Source of the DNA: an uncultured bacterium
GTDB taxonomy: Bacteria; Patescibacteriota; Minisyncoccia; Minisyncoccales; RBG-13-42-11
Reading direction: 5' to 3'
Length of the DNA stretch: 64,000 nt
NCBI GenBank assembly: GCA_963790795.1
Contig: CAWBPO010000001.1
Location: 332,073 to 396,072, forward strand
Shown: one piece after another, positions 9,225 to 19,846 of the stretch
Position numbering within the stretch: the stretch's first letter is position 1
Layout of the letters: every line of letters starts with the position of its first letter
Position numbers and translations under genes: made by a program
Notes under the pieces: model-generated
Databases searched by the model: none
What the model was told of the DNA's origin: nothing
The model's input: only the letters and a program-made list of their open reading frames with translations

Positions 9225-9295
9225 TGCCGGGTCGTCTAACGGTAGGACACGTCCCCCTGGAGGATGGTATCTTGGTTCGAATCCAAGCCCGGCAG
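9225..9295 (+). tRNA. tRNA-Gln (anticodon CTG)
   Basis: Acceptor TGCCGGG/CCCGGCA, anticodon arm CGTCC-CCCTGGA-GGATG, T arm TTGG-TTCGAAT-CCAA. Confidence 0.85.
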
Positions 9296-9302
9296 CATTG
9301 TA

Positions 9303-9521
9303 CTATATTCTCGTTTTTCCGAGTATTTTCCACGCGGAGCGTGAAAAATATTTTATAATTTTGTCTTGCAAAAGTATGTTCGAGCCGACTTTTTTGATAA
9401 ATTGAGCCTTCTCTGCCAAGTCGGTGCCAGAAGCCACAATTTTAGCTTTATTTGAGGCCAGAATGAAGTTTTTGGCCGGTTTGAGCCAAGAATACACCCC
9501 TTTTTGCTGAAAAGCCATCAA
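9303..9521 (-). CDS. Hypothetical protein, 72 aa
   Basis: ORF only. Lies downstream of the HTH gene on the same strand and abuts the 3' end of tRNA-Gln. No motif recognised. Confidence 0.3.
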   Translation of the reverse strand: MMAFQQKGVYSWLKPAKNFILASNKAKIVASGTDLAEKAQFIKKVGSNILLQDKIIKYFSRSAWKILGKTRI

Positions 9522-9576
9522 TTTCTCTAAAATCTCAATCTTTTGGTTGAGGATTTTTTGTTTTCAATCTTTTTAC

Positions 9577-9852
9577 TTATCCCAAATGGATTTTTCCTTG
9601 CGTTTCGATTTTTCGCAAAAGAAGTTCTATATCCCCAGGCTTATAGATTCGGTAGTTATTTATTAGGTTGCGGTGAGCTTTTAATTTTCCTGATTTATCC
9701 CAGTTACGAAGGGTAAGGGGGGTAACTCCTAACAAATCAGCCACTTCTTTAACCGTGAGATAGCTTTTTTTAACCTTAGGTATTTCGATATGGTGAAGTC
9801 TTACTGGTATTTTCTTCACCCCGTTAGAAATTTCCATAAATTTTATTAACAA
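9577..9852 (-). CDS. MerR/excisionase-type helix-turn-helix DNA-binding protein
   Basis: LTVKEVADLLGVTPLTLRNWDKSGKLKAHRNLINNYRIYKPGDIELLL is a typical excisionase/MerR-family HTH. The start may be TTG 9852 or ATG 9837. Confidence 0.65.
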   Translation of the reverse strand: MLIKFMEISNGVKKIPVRLHHIEIPKVKKSYLTVKEVADLLGVTPLTLRNWDKSGKLKAHRNLINNYRIYKPGDIELLLRKIETQGKIHLG

Positions 9853-9897
9853 TTCTGCCCTATTAGAAATTACCTTAATAAAGGATTTCTAACGGGG
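9819..9897. promoter_or_regulatory. 13-bp perfect inverted repeat bracketing the HTH gene start (candidate operator)
   Basis: CCCCGTTAGAAAT (9819-9831) and ATTTCTAACGGGG (9885-9897), with a third TTAGAAAT at 9863-9870. Confidence 0.4.
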
Positions 9898-10172
9898 TTC
9901 ATATTTATAACAAGCTTTGTTCAATATATTGCCTGATAGTGGCATTATTAATGTTTATTAATCTTTTTCGTATAAAAACTTTAATAAAGCTTACTTTATA
10001 ATATAATGACCAAAAAGTATGTCAAACGAGTTTTTCCACACCTTTGAGACTTGAGTGTTTTATAAAAGATAACATTTTGTGGCATTTTAATAATCCGTTT
10101 TTGCGAAACCGACACTTTTTTATTTCTGTCAAAATTTAACGAAAAAAGCCAAAATTTCTGAGTTATCCACAG

Positions 10173-10201
10173 TTGACGGGATTTGAGGGAACTAATAAAA
10201 T
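10173..10201 (+). promoter_or_regulatory. Predicted promoter of the giant surface-protein gene
   Basis: TTGACG (10173-10178), 17 nt, then TAAAAT (10196-10201). TGAGTTATCCACAG (10159-10172) lies immediately upstream. Confidence 0.45.
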
Positions 10202-13111
10202 AAAGCAATCTCGACCCTCGAGATTACGAACAATGAAGGTAAATCAAGATAAAAAATATATTCCATTAAAAGAAGTAGGAAAAATAACTGGTTATGCTCC
10301 AGACTATATTGGTTATTTGATTAGAAAGAGAAAAATTAAGGGAAGAAAAGTTTATACCAGCGCTTCCTGGGTAATTGCTTCAGAAGAACTAATTAAATAT
10401 TGCCAGAAACAGAAAAATCTCGGGGCTCGAGATTTTTCTGTTTTTTAAGAAAAAATATTTATCTTTAAAAGAAGCAGCCGAAATTTCAGGGTATGCTTCC
10501 GATTATATTGGCTGGTTTATTAGAACTGGAAAAGTTAAAGGGAAAAGAGTTTATACTGGCATTTCATGGCAAACGACCGAAGAAGCCATAAAAAATTATC
10601 AAAAAAGAAAAACAAAAACGAAGGGAAAAATATTTTTTAATTTTCCATCATATATCAAGCTTCCGAAAGAAGTGAAGATGAAGATGAGGTTTATCTCATC
10701 GACTATAAATCGAGCACATAAGGAGTTATGTGCTCAGATAAAATTAATCCATCTTGTTCTAGAAAGCGGCAACAAGGTTTTTGGTTTCGGCTGGCGCCTA
10801 GCTTTAACAGCTCTTATCATTTTCTTTTTTGCTTCCGGACTCAGTCCTTTAAGATTTTTTCAAGCCTCAATCGTTGCTCTTACCGGACCAGAAACAAAAA
10901 CAGCTAATTTTTATGCAGCGCTTTCTGATGGCGAGTGGCAGAATCCTCAAAATGTTCAAGGTCAACCAGATGTGGGGCCTACTGGAGATATAAACTTATT
11001 TTCAGAAACAAACTCAGCTATCTATAAAACAGGTTCATTAAACTTGGTTATTCAGAATTTTATGGTGGAGGGACAAAGACCAAATGACCAACAACAAGAA
11101 ATTATTTCTACCCCCACTGAGGAAACTATCACCGTGGCAACCTTCACTGAAGAAATTATTGGAGCAACTTCAACGCCAGAAGTAATAGAAGAAACAACAT
11201 CAACAAAAGTTGAAACATCACAAGAGCAACAAGAAGAAACAACTTCAACTCCACCAATTCAAGAAATATACGAAGAAGAAATCAATACTGAAACCACCTC
11301 CACTGAATCAGAAAGCGAGCCAATTTCATTTTTCGGAAAGGTTAAAAAAATTTTTAGTGGCGAAACGGTTAAAGCTCAGCAACTTCCAACTTTTGAAGAG
11401 TTGGTTGAAGAAGATTTTCAGAGTGCAAAAATTAAACTTTCTTTTGCTATCGGAGAGAAAGAACCAGATATTACTATAATAGAACAACAAGCAACCAGCG
11501 TCGAAAGAGATTAATAATACTACTTCAGAGGAATCAACCAGCTTTTGGAACAGGGTTAGAGATTTTTTTAGTTCTTTAACTACAAAAATAAATCAATTAA
11601 CCAAAGTTTTACTAACTAAAGCAGCTTCAATCGCAAAAGCCGAGGAAGAAAACCCACCAACTGAAGTGATGGATATCGGATATCCATCAAATGGGGAAAT
11701 CGGTGGGGAAACGACGACAATTGAAAACACTACCACTACCGAAGAAATAACTGAGGAAACCCCGATATCACCCGTCGAAGGCGGAGCTACGGAGGAGGTA
11801 ACAACTGAAGCCACTGGTACGAAACTTTACCCAATCTTGATGCGAAAATTGTTATCTGGTGGTCTATTGCTTCTAGGAAGATGGTTCGATCTGCTCACCA
11901 CAAGATTGGAAAATTTTGGATACAATTACTTCCTATCCTTTATCCAACGCTTTAAATGGTGGTTACTTTGCTATGATGCCTCATTTTTAAAATCGTGGGA
12001 AGATGTTAAAAATTTAAAAATAAAATTTGAAGGAGTCATCGGAGGAGAAACAAAATTTATTGCTTATTTGATAGCGTGTGGTGAGGTGGAGTACCAGAAA
12101 AAAGAAGAGAGGAAGAATTTGAGTTAAGGGCCATTAAAAAAGGTTGGCGAACAGATGAGAACCCGAATTTGAAGTTGTGCCAAAAGGAGAAAAAGCACAA
12201 GAAAATATTATCGGAAACTTAGTCGCTGAAATTTCTCAGTTTTTGAAGAAGAACCGAAAGTTGAAGCAAATTTAATAAAACCTGACAGTAAAGAATTATT
12301 GCTTCAAGAAGGAAAAGATTTCAGCTCCGAAACGCATTCGCCGACCAGAATAAAAATTTTCAAACAAGAAGATTTTCGTCCCGGTCTTCAAAAATTAAAA
12401 ATTACTTATGAAAAGAACGGTAACGTTTACAACCTCGAAGCTGAATTTACCTGGGGAGTTTTGGCGATAAACGCCAACAAATCAATTTATCTGCCTAACG
12501 AAACCGCATATTTGCAGATGGCAGCGCTTAGAGATGACGGCCATACGATTTGCGACGCCAATTTAAAATTAGAAATTATTGCTCCTAACGGAGGACTATC
12601 CTCCGTTAATGTTCAGAGGTCAGAAGAGTGCCGGGCCAGATAATGTTACTGATAAGCCGGATTATTTTACATATTATCGGACAGAAAGAAAAGGGAATAT
12701 ACCAAATAAAGCTCACTAATTTAGATAGCGGAAATGAAATCACCGATTCTTTCGAAGTCCGCGATTCAGTGCCTTTTGAAATTGAGAGAATTGGTTCGAC
12801 TAGAATTTGGCAGAAGCGGCATACGAAATGACATTCAAAATTAAAGCAAATCAGGACTTTAGCGGCGAAGTTATTGAAATCGTACCTGTGAGTTTTGTAA
12901 TTATAGAGACAAGCGACAGCAGACAAGAAACAAGAGACGGGGGAAAGGCAATTATTTGGGATGTTGATTGGAAGATGGGCGAAACTTACGAACTAAAATA
13001 CACCTTTGACGCACCGGACGTTTCCCCTTATTTCTCTGTTCGGGCCATTACAAATTGGCGATTTTAAAGAAATCAGGCAGTGGCAGATGGCGGCTGATGC
13101 CATTACCTACC

Positions 13112-13828
13112 AATCCGCGGGCGCAATCGATTATTCCCAAGACATTGCCCCCGCCTTACCCCGCCTCAGTCGCATCGGGCGACCTGCTCGTTCTGGTTAT
13201 TCGGGCCTGAAGCCAAGCACCGCCAACAGCGGTTCGGTTACCACCCCAACCGGCTGGACGCTCATCACCTGGCTTACCGGAGCGGGCGGCTACAGCGCCG
13301 CGCTTGGCGCTGATACCGGCAACACCAACGTATTTTCGTATTATAAAGTCGCCGACGGAACAGAGTCCGGTGGTCGCTTGGAGTACAGATTGCTGAGAGC
13401 AGGCGTCTCATGGTCACAGATGTACCACTTGACAAATACTTCAAAAGTATGGAGCGTCGCCGGCACGACCGGCTCGGACGTGACAGGAAACACAACCGTT
13501 TCCATCGCCATGTCCTCTAATCCGGAGGTTACCGCTGGAGATTATATCCTCGGGGCCATGGTGATCCCGACAGACGTGACGACGCCCAGCCAGTTTTCGG
13601 CGGAGGCCTTTTCGCAGACGGGAGTGACTTTCGGCACGGTGACCGAAATCTCGGAACCCGATTACACGGTCGGAAACGACATCGGCGGCTTTATCGTTTA
13701 TTCTTCCGTCTCGTCCGGCACAGGCTCCGCCGCTCCCACCATGACGGCAACCGCCGGAGGAACGGTGACCAATGTGCGGGGGCCGGGAATTTTTATCAGG
13801 GTGCGGGCGACCGGAACTGTCGCCTGCC
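13112..13828 (+). repeat. High-GC tandem repeat, copy 1 (period about 717-720 bp)
   Basis: TACCCCGCCTCAGTCGCATCGGGCGACCTGCTCGTTCT at 13157 recurs at 13877. The unit encodes ...YPASVASGDLLVLVI..SGSVTTPTGWTL..YYKVADGTESG..GDYILGAMVIPTDVTTPSQFSAEAFSQTGVTFGTVTEISEPD..GPGIFIRVR. Confidence 0.85.
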
Positions 13829-14545
13829 GATCCGCGGGCACTGCTCACGTATAGTGATACCGCAATGTTTCCCGCCTACCCCGCCTCAGTCGCATCGGGC
13901 GACCTGCTCGTTCTCGTTATCGGCATGAAGCCCAGCTCGGCCAATAGCGGTTCGGTTACCACCCCAGACCGGCTGGACGCTCAATCACCTCGCTTACCGG
14001 AGCCGGAGGCTACGGAACCACGCTTGGAGCGGACACGGGGAACACCAATCGTTTTTACTTATTATAAAGTCGCAGACGGGACAGAATCTGGTTCTTTAAC
14101 GGTTACGATCGCTACCAACAATGTCTCTTGGGCTCAAATGTATCGTTTCAGTACTAACGCAACAATAATTTGGAGCGTAGCCGGTGCGACCGGGTCGGAC
14201 ACGACAGGCAGGCACCGCCGTTTCCATTGCGATGACCTCTGATCCTGGAGGTGACCGCCGGGGATTATATTCTCGGGGCGATGTGCATCCCGACAGACGT
14301 GACGACGCCAAGCCAGTTCTCGGCGGAAGCACTTTTCGCAGACGGGCAGTGACTTTCGGCACGGTGACCGAAATCTCGGAACCCGACAGCACGATCGGGA
14401 ATTCGACATCGGCGGCTTTATCGTTTACCAAGCGCCCGTCACGTTCAGGCACAGGCTCCGCCGCTCCGACCATTGACGGCTACCGCCGGAGGAACGGCTG
14501 ACCAATGTGCGGGGACCCGGGGATTTTTATCAGGGTAAGAGAAGT
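13829..14545 (+). repeat. High-GC tandem repeat, copy 2 (carries extra single-base indels relative to copy 1)
   Basis: Aligns to copy 1 over its whole length. It differs by substitutions and by isolated 1-nt insertions (for example CCAGACCGG vs CCAACCGG, CAATCACC vs CATCACC, AATCGT vs AACGT). Confidence 0.85.
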
Positions 14546-15613
14546 ACCCGTCCCCAGCGCCCCCACGCTCTATCCCGATGACGGCGGATGCAACCCAAAT
14601 CGCGTTCAACAACACTCAGGCAGAACGACACGACTCCCATTGTTCGAGCGTCAGCTACCCATACCTCGACTTTTAACAGATTTCAGGTAGAGTTTAATAC
14701 TGCTTCTGATTTTGGCGGAGTATGCTTATACAGAGACTTTCTCAAACACCTATTCATCGGGTACTCAATATAATCTTCAAACTACTGCGTCTTTAAATCT
14801 TCCAAGTACAGACGGGGTAACCTATTATGTTCGAGCCAGAGCCTCAGCTGACGGCGGAACGAATTATGGTTCTTGGTCATCTGGGACTTGGACCTATACC
14901 TATACCAGCTCGGCCGGAGACCCCGAATGGTTCCAAACAACCGATGAACAGTTTGATACAGGAACAACGCTTACCGATACAAAAACCACAGGCTCTGATT
15001 CCGTAGAGTTAGGAGCATCCGTACAATATGTCCGTGCCAACGCTACTGCAGCGTCTTTAACTACGACACTTGATATTGGCACTGCAGGAACGAACCGTCT
15101 TGTTGCCGTGTTTGCTTTCTCGGAAGCCGAAGGTGCTACCGCGCTCTCTGGCGTTACTGTTAACACCGCAGCTTGTAATCTCGTAGTTGCGGCTCTTAAT
15201 GATGACGCTACGAAAAACCAGACGGAACTCTGGTACTGCGATGAGAGTGATCTGGGGTCTTTAAACGGATCCCAGACAATAACGATTTCAGGAACGGGTA
15301 TAACAGCGACAAACTGGGCCGTGCATGCGCAACTTTTTACCGGTATTAGTCAGAGTGGACCTGCTGATTACGGAACTGATACAACCTCCCGTACTCCTAC
15401 CCAAACTACAACTGTTACCGGAATGGACGTGTCCTGCCGGCGGTATTGTTGTGATGGGTGTGTCAAATGGAACTCAGGCATTGACTGCCACGTTGGCCAT
15501 CGCCTCTGACAGCAAAAGTCAGACGCTGACCCTTCATCGGCCGATGCCGTGACTGCAAGTGGCATTGAGTCGTCTGCGCAGAGCAAACAAAACTTATCAG
15601 GTTACTTGGAGTA

Positions 15614-18600
15614 GTGCACCGAACCGCTCTTCCGGCGTTGCCGCCTCTTGGGCGCCAGTCACCCCTTACTTCAGGCACCATCATGTCTCCGGAAATTGAT
15701 TTTGACTGGGTGACTGGGCAGGACAGTTGGGGCGAGGTTTACTGGTTAACAACCGAACCTTCTGGTTCCGATTCTACCACCAGTATTTATTATTCTTCTT
15801 CTACTGCTTGCGATACGATTATTTCCAATACTGCTCTTTCCGGGAATGAAGCGGGTTTCGATCTATCAGCCAGCCCTAAAGATATTTCCGGCTTAAGCAC
15901 TTCAACCTATAATCGCATCTGCTTACAGACATCATTAGCTCTCGGGGGTGCTGCCAGTTCACCCACCCTAAATGACTGGACAATAACCTGGGAGCCTCCT
16001 GCTCCTGCCGGTATCACTATTTCTGGCAATATTTTCGATGATGACGTGGGTTCAAATCCGGTTGGTGATGGCACTAAAGTAAGTGTGGCTATTAATAACA
16101 CTAAAGATTCTAGTTATGCTACCACTACCTCCGGCTCCTTTAGTTTTACCATTGCCAATACCGTTAATTCCGGTGACACTTTAACTTTGTTTTTAGATAC
16201 TGACGGAGGAATAGCTGGTAGTTTGGTTACGGTTTCTGATGGTAATGATTTGACCGGTATTGAGTTTTATCAAAATCATTTGGTGGTTCGCTACGAAACT
16301 GGTTCTGATATCAGTATTGTTGATCTGACTAAATTTGATAACAATGATGATTCAGATATTAATTTCACTGCCGAAGACGCCAGCCCTGATACTTTAATTA
16401 TTGAAGACGGTTCGGAATTTTTTATTCCTTCTGGTTTTAATTTTGATGCCGATGGAAATTTAGAATCAGGAACTGATGGTGTAGATGACATTGAAATTAA
16501 AGGAACTTATAATGCCGAAGTAGGGGAGATAATTCGGGTTTCTGGCTCTTGGAAAAACTCCGGGACCTTTGAAGAAAGTACCTCGACAGTTATTTTTGAT
16601 GCTGCCACTTCAGAAGAAATTACTTCTGGCGGAACAGCCGGCGATTTTTACGATATTGTTTTCAATGGCGCTGGCGGTCAATGGACTTTAGGGGATGCAA
16701 TGATTGTTAATGGCGATTTAACCACTACGGCCGGTACCCTAACTGGAAGCCAGAATTTAACTGTCAATGGAGGAGATATTACGGGCACCAACGGTTCCGT
16801 TGATTTAAGCGCTGCCACCACCACCATTTCTGGTACCGGGAATCTCGGACCGACCGGTAGTGGAAATTACTCTTTTTATAATTTATATTTTTCTGGTACC
16901 ACTACTTTGGCAGGTCTTATTTCTACCAAAAATGATTTAACTATTAATTCGGGAAATTCATTAGATGTTTCCGGTTCCAACTACAGTATTAATTGTGGTG
17001 GTTCTTGGTTAAATTCTGGCACTTTTACTGCTCGAGCAGGTACAGTTGTTTTTAATGCCACAACAACTGGTAAGACTCTTACCGCCAGCGGTTCAAATTT
17101 TTATCAGTTAGAGTTTAATGGTTCCGGTGGTCAATGGATATTCCAAGATGCAGCTACAGTTACTGCCACTACCACCTTAACTGCTGGTACTTTAGCCCAT
17201 GGAGCTGATAATAATCTTATTTTAGCCAGTTTAACTTTGGCTATCAGTACTCAATTTACCAAAGCTACGGACTCCGGTCTCTTAATATTTGAATCAGTAA
17301 ATACCATTGAGATTACAGATAATAGTACTACCACGAGCAACAAACAAAATCTTGGTAATGTCCATATTGGTCAATCACCAGCTGTGACCAAACAAAATAG
17401 CGATATAGTAGTTGATAGTTTAACTGTTAATGATGGTGACAGTCATTACACTCGGGGTTATGAGATCGATAGTCATGGTGATATTACAGTTTATGGCACC
17501 TTAGATGCTACCGATGACAAAGAAGGTGATGGTACCATTATTACTTTGGCTGGTGATTGGTTAGTAGCAACTAGCACCGATGGTATTTTCACTTGTGTTA
17601 ATTCTGAAGTTGTCTTTAACGCTATCACCACTGGTCATACAATTTACGATGGTGGTTGGCCATTTTACAGGATCACATTTAACGGCTCAGGAGGGGAGTG
17701 GCTTTACAAAGATTCAACCTCAACCGCGCCAGCGACAACAACTGTCATTATTGGCACCCCCACTTTTTTGAATGCCAAAACAGGGGGGGTTTCAGTGACT
17801 GATGGTACTCTTAATGTTGACTGGTATTTAGGGATTCATGTCGTTGCTGGAGATTCTACCTCAACCGATATTGGTAATGCCACTGCTACTGTTTCCGAAG
17901 CGACCGGTTCTTCGACTATTTGGAAGATGTTAAGCGGCTCCTGGGGTTTACCAGTCACTTCCCAATTTATTCTCACTCAATCTGGTCCGACTGCCACTGG
18001 CACTAATCCTCAGCCAAATAATGATGGAGCAATTAGAATTAGAGAATACAAAAAAACCAGCAGCGCAACTACTACTTACAAATATAATTTACAAGTCGTC
18101 GCTCCTTCGGGATTTTCGTCATATAATTATTATGAGGTTCGCGGAGGAAAATATCTTGCCAGCACTTTAAGCGCTGACGCTGATGTAGATCTCAGTATTT
18201 CTGAAAATTGGTACAGAAGTACCATTGGTAGCTTAAACGGAGCCAAAGATTACGATGACTTAAATCAACCCCCTCAGCATGGTTCTTGGTATGCCGGCAT
18301 GACTTCTGATTTGCAATTTTCAATAAGTTCTCCCACTCTTGATTTAATTTTGGATCAGCCCAGTTGGACAGCTACCGGCACTACAATTTTGTACGCCACG
18401 ACTTCTTATTCTAGTGGCTATACGGTAAAGGCATATGCTACTAATTTAGGAAGATTAAAGCTCGGTGCGACTGAAAATTATATTAACCGATGGGACTATG
18501 AAAATACTGATCCTGTGCTTTGGGGTACCAACTGTCCTTCTGGCTCTGAGTATTGTGGTTACGGGTATACTACCAGCGACACTGCTCTTTATAACGCTTC

Positions 18601-18808
18601 AACCACTGAGTATGATAATCGTTTTACTGATTCAACCAAATACGCTGGCTTTGCTACTAGTTCTCTCTCTACCGATCCGGTAGCCGATAGCACAAGCACT
18701 GCCTATGGCGCGACAACAACTATTACTTACAAGGTTTCTGTTGACCAAGACCAGTTAGAAGGGGATTATACCGGAACAGTCTACTATATATGTACAGTAA
18801 ACTATTAG
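15614..18808 (+). CDS. Intact C-terminal 1,064-codon part of the giant surface protein (beta-helix-like repeats plus a WxL-like C-terminal module)
   Basis: Recurring units FYDIVFNGAGGQWTLGDA / FYQLEFNGSGGQWIFQDA / FYRITFNGSGGEWLYKDS. The C-terminus ...SSGYTVKAYATN...GDYTGTVYYICTVNY parallels the 212-aa protein at 20005. The GTG start in the track is probably internal. Confidence 0.7.
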   Translation: MHRTALPALPPLGRQSPLTSGTIMSPEIDFDWVTGQDSWGEVYWLTTEPSGSDSTTSIYYSSSTACDTIISNTALSGNEAGFDLSASPKDISGLSTSTYNRICLQTSLALGGAASSPTLNDWTITWEPPAPAGITISGNIFDDDVGSNPVGDGTKVSVAINNTKDSSYATTTSGSFSFTIANTVNSGDTLTLFLDTDGGIAGSLVTVSDGNDLTGIEFYQNHLVVRYETGSDISIVDLTKFDNNDDSDINFTAEDASPDTLIIEDGSEFFIPSGFNFDADGNLESGTDGVDDIEIKGTYNAEVGEIIRVSGSWKNSGTFEESTSTVIFDAATSEEITSGGTAGDFYDIVFNGAGGQWTLGDAMIVNGDLTTTAGTLTGSQNLTVNGGDITGTNGSVDLSAATTTISGTGNLGPTGSGNYSFYNLYFSGTTTLAGLISTKNDLTINSGNSLDVSGSNYSINCGGSWLNSGTFTARAGTVVFNATTTGKTLTASGSNFYQLEFNGSGGQWIFQDAATVTATTTLTAGTLAHGADNNLILASLTLAISTQFTKATDSGLLIFESVNTIEITDNSTTTSNKQNLGNVHIGQSPAVTKQNSDIVVDSLTVNDGDSHYTRGYEIDSHGDITVYGTLDATDDKEGDGTIITLAGDWLVATSTDGIFTCVNSEVVFNAITTGHTIYDGGWPFYRITFNGSGGEWLYKDSTSTAPATTTVIIGTPTFLNAKTGGVSVTDGTLNVDWYLGIHVVAGDSTSTDIGNATATVSEATGSSTIWKMLSGSWGLPVTSQFILTQSGPTATGTNPQPNNDGAIRIREYKKTSSATTTYKYNLQVVAPSGFSSYNYYEVRGGKYLASTLSADADVDLSISENWYRSTIGSLNGAKDYDDLNQPPQHGSWYAGMTSDLQFSISSPTLDLILDQPSWTATGTTILYATTSYSSGYTVKAYATNLGRLKLGATENYINRWDYENTDPVLWGTNCPSGSEYCGYGYTTSDTALYNASTTEYDNRFTDSTKYAGFATSSLSTDPVADSTSTAYGATTTITYKVSVDQDQLEGDYTGTVYYICTVNY

Positions 18809-19846
18809 TCGGAATTATTTTAATATCTTTATCGATTAGTGGAATGATTTACGCCCAGAGTTCTGATTCTCTTGGCCTATCGGTAAATCCGCAGGTTTTT
18901 GAATTGGATGTTTCCCCGGCGAAAAAATTGAGCAAAAAATTAATCTGAAAAATTTAAGCGAAGTTCCCGTTCCTATTTTAGTAAAAATCACTGATTTCAC
19001 TGCGAGGAAGATTCCGGCGAAATGGAATTTGACGAATCGGCGCAAGACCCGTCTATTACTTCCAGAAAATGGTTTAAAATCAAAAATCCGAATTTTATTT
19101 TGGAAGCGGGAGAAAAAGAAGAGATTAATTTTGAAATTGCAGTTCCGGAAAATGCGGAACCCGGCGGCCATTATTCAGTAATGCTTTTTGAACCCCAATT
19201 GCCGGCTTTTTATTTTAAACCCGGCCAACCCAGAACCATTCCGGTTATCGGAGTATTATTTTTGATTTCAGTAAAAATTTTAGCTTTGGAACCAATTCAT
19301 TGGGAAAACCTGTTGAAATAGTTGAATTTGGAATTCCTAAAGAAGAAAAAAATCAGAATTTTGAAAAAGCGTTGGCGAGTATTGTTGAAATAATTCCCGG
19401 AATCGGCAGCTGAAATAAATATTGTTACCAAAACTCCCTCTCTTTTTTTTGGATTAAAAATAATGATATTTTCCACCATAAAATTGGCGGAAAAATTTTA
19501 ATCTATAATTTTTTCGGGAAAAAGGTAGGGGAGGCAGAAATTAAAAAAACGACCATTTTGCCCCAAAAAATCCGCCAGTTTCCGGTAAATTTTTCTCCGG
19601 AATTTCAAAAATTTTCAAATGGCTGCCGGCTTCAGTTTCTGATTTCTTGGTCCAAAATACTTCTTCGGGAAATACCGGGCGGTTTTGGAAATCGGAGAAG
19701 AAAAAAACCAGATAGAACTGAATCAAACTATGACTTTTTGGGCTTTTCCCTGGAAAACAATACTGGCACTCTTTTCTTTCTCGTTTGTAATTATTATAAT
19801 AAGGAAAAGGGTGGTAATGGCTGTAAAAATTTTAATAAAAAGATGA
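18790..19846 (+). pseudogene. DUF916-like surface protein paralog, frame broken many times
   Basis: ATG 18790 gives a signal peptide MYSKLLVGIILISLSISGMIYAQS, then LGLSVNPQVFELDVSP... Fragments ...FEIAVPENAEPGGHYSVMLFEP... and ...MTFWAFPWKTILALFSFSFVIIIIRKR... align with the intact paralog at 20704-21621 in different frames. Confidence 0.6.

Larger units (their letters stand above)
10233..18808 (+). pseudogene. Giant surface-protein locus (about 2,850 codons); the frame is broken at least a dozen times between ~10.4 and ~15.7 kb, and the last 3.2 kb is intact
   Basis: Consecutive same-strand ORF fragments (10173-10448, 10672-11514, 11666-12127, 12299-12643, 12628-12831, 12807-13067, 13006-13854, 13772-14242, 14184-14501, 14712-15509, 15614-18808) continue one another across frame changes, for example ...AASWAPV / TSGTIMSPEIDFDW near 15660. 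I see no promoter or terminator signals between fragments. The N-terminus has two HTH-like repeats, a TM helix and a Thr/Glu-rich linker. Confidence 0.55.

Noticed and set aside
11210-11479. 89-aa alternate-frame ORF overlapping 10672-11514
   Set aside because: It lies in the Thr/Glu-rich low-complexity linker of the giant gene. The Lys-rich translation is a frame artefact of the repetitive AAG/GAA sequence.
13112-14545. The tandem high-GC repeats as a diversity-generating retroelement template/variable repeat pair
   Set aside because: There is no reverse transcriptase in the window. The differences between copies are not adenine-specific and include indels. Both copies lie in-line within one gene.
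13274-15684. Multiple long minus-strand and alternate-frame ORFs in the high-GC segment (for example 13441-13848, 14096-14473, 14900-15166, 15368-15684)
   Set aside because: High GC removes stop codons in all frames. The translations are Arg/Pro/Gly-rich nonsense, whereas the plus-strand repeat domain is coherent.
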